Source: Octopus vulgaris (taxonomy: Eukaryota). From it: 64,000 nucleotides of DNA. This document shows positions 56,472 to 64,000 of the stretch, piece by piece. Both the position numbers and the translations under genes were made by a program. The first letter of the stretch is position 1. Each line of letters opens with the position of its first letter. A model generated the notes under the pieces. It was not told where the DNA came from. It worked only from the letters and a program-made list of their open reading frames with translations, and ran no database searches. The stretch spans positions 11,842,001 through 11,906,000 of the forward strand of contig OX597832.1 in the NCBI GenBank assembly GCA_951406725.2, written 5' to 3'.

Positions 56472-56513
56472 TGTATACATGTGTGTGTACATGCATATAT
56501 ATATATATATATG

Positions 56514-56544
<31 letters not shown>

Positions 56545-57279
56545 CTTTGTCTGTGAACGCAGTGAGTATAATTTGTGCTTGTAAGTTGTATTTTTTATTT
56601 TTGAATTTCTTTTTTTTTGCGTGTCTGCTTGTGTGTCTGTATGTCCTTGAGTGTGTAAAGCTGTAAAGCAAAATGAAAGTTAAGTATAAGATGGTGAATA
56701 ATTCTATATATTACCCCTGATAACCCGGCATAACACAGCCATTTAAACATCAATTTAAAACAGACAAATACGCCTTAACTTATTCTTATAGCATTCAATA
56801 TAAAGCAATTAAAGATGACAAAACTTTTCCCTAGCAAATTCTCAATTCTCTAGGGAAATAACTGAATGAGTTTGATATTCTATTACTTAATTCCGAGAAT
56901 AGAATTAATCTTAATAAAGCTGCCCCCAAATGAATCTATTGTTAATAAATATAAGAAATTAAAATTTTGTAAAAATAAAAAAAAATTATATATATAAATA
57001 TATATTAAGAACAAAACAAAAGACAAGCAGAAATATTTGTAATATAAATATAAATAAAAAGTATGTTCCCTTCAATGAGAAATGGGTAAAAGCAATTCTT
57101 TTAAGTGCATATTAACTGTTTTCTTCCATTTTGTCTTTGCTCATTTTCACATATACGCCATTTTTTTCTTTTTGTTTTAACTTAAATGTTAGCAATTATT
57201 ACTCTTAACATTTATCATTAACATTATTATTATTATTATAATTATTATTATTATTATATTATTATTATTATTACTATTC

Positions 57280-57660
57280 AGTAGTCTTAATTTTATTGAG
57301 TGATTTCACCGCACTACTGAGCAGTTGTGCGTAGCTTGGGTGTCTGCCCTGTTATATTTCTTTCATTTATGAGTCTACTTTGTTTTAAGTGTTCTACGCA
57401 TAATGTAAAGCCTATTAGTATTGTTCTTTTTTTTTTTTTGTCTAGGCTATGAATATTTGTGAAGCCTTAGGTTTTGGCTACACATTAGTTCGCAAGCCAT
57501 TGGCTTTTAAAATCACTCTCAAAGACCCTATTATTATAAAAATTTCCTCGATCCTTCATTCAAGTCTTATATCTTCATCCAATGGAATTGTGCCTTCGAT
57601 AAAAATTCATCTCCTAATCTGAACTTTCTCGATAACAAAAACTTACACCGTCTCAGGTTG
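57280..57660 (-). mobile_element. Degenerate 3' end of a probable RLE-type (R4/Dong-like) LINE
   Basis: Minus-strand fragments IEGTIPLDEDI, IIIGSL and YIMRRTLK occur in the order expected for the RLE C-terminus and end in a (TAA)n tract. There are many stops and frameshifts. Confidence 0.4.
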
Positions 57661-59574
57661 TTTAGGTCTACTCAGTTAAACATAGTACACAGTTAAACAC
57701 CAGTTATTTTAAACGTACAAGACTATATCGAAAATCACATTATCCTTCATATACACGTGTTAATTTTCAAAGAATCGTGGGTTTCGAGAAAAATATATCT
57801 TCTATTTCTAGCATTTCAATCAGGTCCTCAGTGCCCAACCTTTTTCTGGTGAGCGAAAAACTCGATATTTAGCGTGTTATTGTTATTAATGATGTCAACA
57901 GTAATTTTATAATTCTAACTGTTGGAATTAATTTGGGTAATTTTCCTATTATTTAATGAAAATTTCTACTCCTAGGTAATTTGCGTCAAAAATTAATTAC
58001 ATAGAAGAATTTTAAACTGAAGGAAAACACGACAAAAATTTTTATAACAATTCTATCGCCAGAAAAATAATCAGGATTTTAGGATAAAATGTAATAGCGT
58101 TGCTCTGATTTGAATACTACCTAAAATTTCGGAGTTGTACATATGTAGAAATTTCATGGTCAGGGATTGTGTATTAAAACCGAAGTAATTAAATATGGAT
58201 GAGTTATTAAAAAATTATCCAAATAACTTTTGATTTCATTTTGCTTTTAATTGTTGAAGTACCAAAATATTCGTTCCACAATTAATTCCTGGTTATTGAC
58301 ACAAATCCACTGGATTACCAGCATTACTGTTGGGAAAACTGCTCTGGAACATTAGCAATTAAAGAAAAATGTGAACAAGAATGTTATCAAATATCCATTA
58401 TGTATTAAACTTAACGATCACGCACGCGCGCTTCTAAACATTCATTTTCTCATAACACCAAAGTAACAAGAGTTTCATTAACTATAGCAAATATCGCATT
58501 GGTCCGAAAATAATACGTTAAACTATTTCATAGATTTCTGACCTAAAGACTTTGAACCTTATTCAATAGTAAAATATTGACTTACGGTTTTGGCGCAAGA
58601 CCTTAAAAAGACCTTTCGGGGGAGTCGATTACATCGACCCCAATGTTCAACTGGTAACCATTTTATCGACCCCGAATCTTGGATCTATATAGTTGTATGT
58701 GTGTTTGAATGGAGTGGTAAATAGGTTGTTGTGGTAGAAAACTGTTTTGGAGGAATTTTTATTGCTTAAATTTGAAAACACAACTAAAGTTAGTCAGCTT
58801 CCCAGATGCTACCCTCCACCCGGATTCCAGTATCTATAGATCTATAAGAAGGATAACAAAAAAATACAGAGTATACATAAACAATCTAACCACCCCAAAA
58901 CAGAGACGAGTACCAACGCTTCCCTTTAGCATGCTTAAATAATTGAAAAGGATATCTTTACATGAAATCATTGATAGCTTTTTTAATATACAAAAAAAAA
59001 AAAAAATTTGCACCAATGCGGTGTTTAGCACTCACTCCCATTGTTCGACATTAGCATCAACTTTGCACTAGAAATCCATTGTTAGTTTGTTTACGTTCAT
59101 GTAATTTAATAGTTCAGACAAAGGGACTGATGTAATAATTACTGAAGGCGATTGGAATGTCCGACCAACACCACAAAGCGGTGATCCATCATGGCTGCAG
59201 TCAAATGAGGGAGGTAATTAGGATATAAAAATAGCCATTTTGCCTTCTAAAATAATAGCTTCTGTGTTTTTTTTTTTCAAAATATTTACTGGTGTTGTTA
59301 AAGAAATTTAATTATACAATGGAAATGCTGTATTTTCAAATATTGCAATGATGTTTGTACGATGTTTGTCTTTTATCAGAATATTGGAAGTAAAACAGTT
59401 ACTTCCATAAATATTTCACTGTTTTCCATTGATATTTTCGATGTATTATCATTGTTACTATTTTATATTCCAACTTAAAACAGCTGAAATCTAATAGATC
59501 TATATGCAACGAAATCACATTTTTACTCTCTCACTCTTTCGTTGCGTTATATCCAGAGAGGATTGCAATAGCTA

Positions 59575-59943
59575 ATTCTTTTCTACTCTAGGCACAAGGC
59601 CCGAAATTTTCTGGGAGAAGGTCAGTCGATTACATATTCCCCAGTACGAAAGGAATAGAGATAAAGTCGACCTCGGCAGAATTTGAACTCAGAACGGAAA
59701 GACAGACAAAATACCTATTTCTTTATTATCCACAAGGGGCTAAACATAGAGGGGACAAACAAGGACAGACATTGGTATTAAGTCGATTATATCGACCCCA
59801 GTACGTAACTGGTACTTATATAATCGACCCCGAAAGGATGAAAGGCAAAGTTGTCCTCGGCGGAATTTGAACTCAGAACGTAGCAGTAGACGAAATACCG
59901 CTAAGTATTCACCCGGCGTGCTAATGTTTCTGCCAGCTCGCCT
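59575..59943 (-). mobile_element. SINE family B dimer, second unit partly deleted with alternative tail
   Basis: Same aaagaaatag|gtattt junction as the other multimers, read on the minus strand near 59715. Confidence 0.8.
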
Positions 59944-60580
59944 CTTTTAACTAATTCATTCATTACTTCACTTCCCTTTTACTTCTCTTACTATCACTTA
60001 CGCATTGTCTATATATATAAATATATATATATATAGGGCGAACTGGCAGAATCGTTAGGAAGCTGGACAAAATGCTTAGCGGCATTTCGTCCGTCGCTAC
60101 GTTCTGAGTTCAAATTCCGCTGAGGTCGACTTTGCATTACATCCTTTTGAGGTAGACAAATTAAGTACCAGTTGCTCACTGGGTCGATAAACACGACTAT
60201 TCTCCTCCCCTAAATTTCAGACCTTATGCCTCTATTAGTGAGTATGCTTACACACACACACACATATACTTATGTACGTAAGTAAATACATATATGCATA
60301 CAGTTTCTTTTTTGTTTAGAAAATTATTTTCTAAGTTTAATTTCATTATGCAAATAGTTTTAGGTGTTGTGTGATTAGCATTCAATTTATTGTATTTAAA
60401 GCAGCATCCAGAGATTAGTTGTGAAGACAATATATATCTTTAACTATCTCTGTATGTGTCCAGGGTGGTGGTGGTATATCTGCATGTATACGTCTGTTAG
60501 TAGGTATGTGTACGTATATATGTTCCTTTTATTCGGTGTTCCATCCCAAAGACTGTGATTATGTAGCGATATACACACAA

Positions 60581-60621
<41 letters not shown>

Positions 60622-61477
60622 GATTAACTTTATATATATATATAAATATACACACATGCATATAAACACACATACACACCAGTACATACACAGGCACACA
60701 CAGACAGATGCCATTTTTTTTACTGCTATAAAAGTAAAAATAGTTATTTAGCACACGAAATGAAAATATACATTTTCCTCAACAAAAGAGGAAATAAGAG
60801 TCTTATAGCATAAAAACAAACAAACACACACACAACACACATAGCAGAGATTTATACATAAATCTCCTTTTGTGTGACTTGTCTTCATTGAGGTCATTTT
60901 AATTCACGCTTTAATTAGATACTGAAAATGGTAATCCTTCAAATCTACACAAGCAAATCGTACATCTATTTAATATACATTTCTTCGTTAACACTTTAGA
61001 TGCAATCGGATGATTTATCGACTTAATTACTTACATTTAATTTCCATACCAATAAAATTATTTAGGGAAAACATAGAACCCTTAAGGTGAATGCAATCCC
61101 TTTTACCTTCTCACTAGTAATTAATGATAGTTTCGAATTTTGGCACAAGGCCAGCAATATTGCGACCCTCGAAAGGATGAAAGACCATGTGGAACTCGGT
61201 GGAACTTGAATTCAGAAAATAAAGACACATGAAATGCTGATAAATATTTTGCAAATGGTTTCGAATTTTGGCACGAGGTCAGCAAGTTCAGGCGGGGTGG
61301 AGTAGGGGAGCGATTCGATTACACCGACTCCAGTTCTCTACTGGCACTTATTTTAAATGATAAAAGATAAAGTCAACGCAGGCAGAATTTGAACACAATG
61401 CAAATTACGGACGAAATTCCACTAAGCGTTTTGTCCGGCATGCTAATGATTTGGCCAGCTCACCGCTTTGAAGAAAG

Positions 61478-61675
61478 TACGAGTGAGTGCTGAAAAGATG
61501 TTGGCTTTAAGGGAATTGCGAAATGTCTGGTTAGAGGCCTAACCCTCCGAGTTCTTTTACAGGGCTTAGTGAAACTGAAGGACTGCTGCAATAAGTGTGT
61601 GAATGTAAGACGGGAATATATTTAATAATTCCATAATTAAATGATTTTTAAACCCAAATCCAAGAACTTTTCGTA
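61478..61675 (+). mobile_element. Mariner-derived MITE
   Basis: Ends TA-cgag...gctgaaaag and aagaacttttcg-TA. An internal frame LQGLVKLKDCCNKCVNVRREYI* resembles the mariner transposase C-terminus. A second copy lies on the minus strand at about 34040-34217. Confidence 0.6.
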
Positions 61676-61906
61676 CATAGTGATGAAATATCCCTGGGTG
61701 GGTTTGAAACAGTGAACCTATATCAGAAAATTAAATTATTATTTGTTATTTGATTACAAGATCTTATATTTCAATATATACGAATCAATTAAACCGAGTG
61801 CCAATCACTTATAGGCCCCTTACGTAAAGTGTCAGTGTAAATAATAATAATAATAACATCGAAAAATACTCTAGGAGCCCACAACACAGGTTCGAAATTT
61901 CCCCAA

Positions 61907-61952
61907 GACACCTGAGGAAGGCTAGAGGGTATATCTGCCGAAACTTTGTGTT
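61907..61952 (+). ncRNA. Type I minimal hammerhead ribozyme-like motif
   Basis: gacac-CTGAGGA-a-ggc(t)aga gggtata tct gcc-GAAA-cttt-gtgtt. Stem I is acac/gtgt, the CUGANGA and GAAA cores are intact, and stem II pairs. The cleavage triplet is degenerate. It lies about 145 bp upstream of the GIY-YIG ORF. Confidence 0.6.
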
Positions 61953-62096
61953 AACAACAAACAAGATGAGGACAATTATCGTCGAATGTGAATAATGTAC
62001 ATAATTCCTCATCTCTTAAATATAGAACTGTATGTAACCTTTTCTTGTTAAACAGAGAAATCAGAGAATGCATTATATATATATATATCTCATTCG

Positions 62097-62618
62097 TTGA
62101 TTTTGGGTTTGGATGATGATAACAATTGTAACACTTATAATGTGAATAGTAGTATAGGGGTGGTGTCCAATCTTAGATTTCCTCATTCTGTTAATCTTTG
62201 TAATTTCAGAAATAAAAATAAATGTGTATTTGGTAATCAATGCCTCAGGAAGGAGGTAGTTTACCAATGCACTGTAGATACACAATTGAGTAGTAGGGTG
62301 TATATCGGGGCAACTATGAATAGCATAAAACAAAGATGGAATTATCACAGATATACTTTTAGGAATAAAAATAGAATGTACTCTACAGGGCTAAGTGCAT
62401 ACATTTGGGAACTTAAAAGTAAGAACTTAGATTTTAGATTAAACTGGAAAATACTAACTTCAGCACCTGTGTATAATGGAAAAAATAAAAAATGCTCTCT
62501 ATGTATTAATGAAATTTTCTTCATTATTAAAGCGGGTCGGCAAATTATTAACAACATTAATGAAAAAAACTTCTTTTGTATTCATAGGCTACCGTTCACC
62601 TTTTCTAGATTCAAATAG
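62097..62618 (+). CDS. PLE-type GIY-YIG endonuclease domain in an uninterrupted frame, probably a 5'-truncated element
   Basis: LCNFRNKNKCVFGNQCLRKEVVYQCTV...RVYIGATMNSIKQRWNYH...STGLSAYIWELK...LNWKIL...CSLCINE...NNINE...CIH. It is homologous to 44.5-44.95 kb and begins right after a (TA)n run. The start codon is TTG only, so expression is doubtful. Confidence 0.85.
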   Translation: MILGLDDDNNCNTYNVNSSIGVVSNLRFPHSVNLCNFRNKNKCVFGNQCLRKEVVYQCTVDTQLSSRVYIGATMNSIKQRWNYHRYTFRNKNRMYSTGLSAYIWELKSKNLDFRLNWKILTSAPVYNGKNKKCSLCINEIFFIIKAGRQIINNINEKNFFCIHRLPFTFSRFK

Positions 62619-64000
62619 AACTTAGCACTTCCACTATTATTAATTTTTTAATTCCCTTCTTTAACTAAATATACCTGTGGTCTTCTATAATTCTAAAGTA
62701 TACAATTTATAAATTTTATAATTTTATAATTTTTATAGCTACATTTGTATAATAATTAATGGATGTGTCTAGTATTATTGGTTTCTTGTTTTTTGTATGT
62801 GGGTTTTTGTTTGTTTTTTAAGAGAAATGCAATATGACATAAAATAACATATTCATTTTGGTATTTGCCTTGTAATGTGTGATTTTTGAAGTTTTCCAAT
62901 ATTGCATAGTATATTGCATAGTATATATATATATCTTGGTTAGATACCTAGCTCTGGATAATGTAATGATATTGTATAATATGTAATATATGAGAGCCTT
63001 TTGTGAGTTTGGTGGGTTTAGGTTGAGATTATAGGTTTTTTGTATGTGTTTATTTGGAAGGTTTTTATTGTATATTTGGTCTTTTTGTACTCACCTTAAT
63101 TTGTATCTTATGCTATTCACTGATAAACCTTTTTCATTTTTTTCATTTTCTCATTTACATGCATTTTGCTTTATAATTATTACCAGCCTCATATATTTAG
63201 TTTATATCTATAGTCCTCTGGATCTGTACTTTAAACTATCCTTCCATACATATTTACTTTCAACAATATAACATATATATTCACTTTATTTATTTTTTAT
63301 TTATTTTCCATTTTATTGTAATATTATCAATCTTTGCATCTAGTCTTCTATTTATTTATTTATTTGCCTATTTAAGTGTAGATGTTTACATACATATCAA
63401 GTCATCTAATTTGTTACCTATTTATTTTTTTACTTATTTACTTATACTGGGGTAGTTTTATACATACATATCTATCATTTATTTTTATTTAATTTTAATA
63501 ATATATGAATACATATATACTGGTTTGTACTTATAATTATGTGTATAACCGTATTTATTCCTTCGTATTTATTCCTTCTTATTTATTTTATCACTTTTCA
63601 TCTTAAGTCTTTATAATATAATATAAAATTTATTTAAAATTTCTGTGATGTTCTCATAAGCGTTTACATTAGTACTTCCCCTTCTATTCTTTAATGCCTA
63701 AACTGGTATATTATGGCACTATATTTATTAAGTTAATAAGTGACTTATTTATAATATTTAAATTAATATATATTTTATATTTTATATTTTATAATTTAGC
63801 GTACTTAAAATCATAACAAACTTACGATAAATCTAACAACCGTATGTTTACTCTGCAACAAACCGGTGTTATAAATTTTAAGTTACCCATGAAATAATTA
63901 TCTGACTTAGTAACATACTGATATTTAAAAATATATTTATATCTAAATTAAATATTTTATGGAATGCATGGATGGTTCTTTTTTTGTTATTGAGGCACAG

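Overview
This is AT-rich, microsatellite-saturated animal genomic DNA. The repeat families look like those of an octopus or other cephalopod; that is my recognition, not a database result. I could not recognise any host protein-coding exon, and almost every ORF in the track is a translation of (TA)n, (CA)n, (CTA)n or (GA)n repeats. The window is a mobile-element mosaic. It holds dozens of copies of 3-4 tRNA-derived SINE families, two Penelope-like (PLE) GIY-YIG endonuclease sequences (about 43.4-45.7 kb and 62.1-62.6 kb), a head-to-tail Helitron dimer, mariner- and piggyBac-like MITEs and a probable RLE-LINE remnant. Most notable: (1) a 2.3-kb PLE-like unit bounded by 73-bp inverted repeats, with a reconstructable Asn-rich + Zn-finger + GIY-YIG ORF but no visible RT; (2) several minimal hammerhead-ribozyme-like motifs, mostly in short non-coding elements sitting in (TA)n tracts; (3) SINEs multimerised in 184-bp units with the same junction at four loci; (4) a pri-miRNA-like hairpin at about 34.9 kb.
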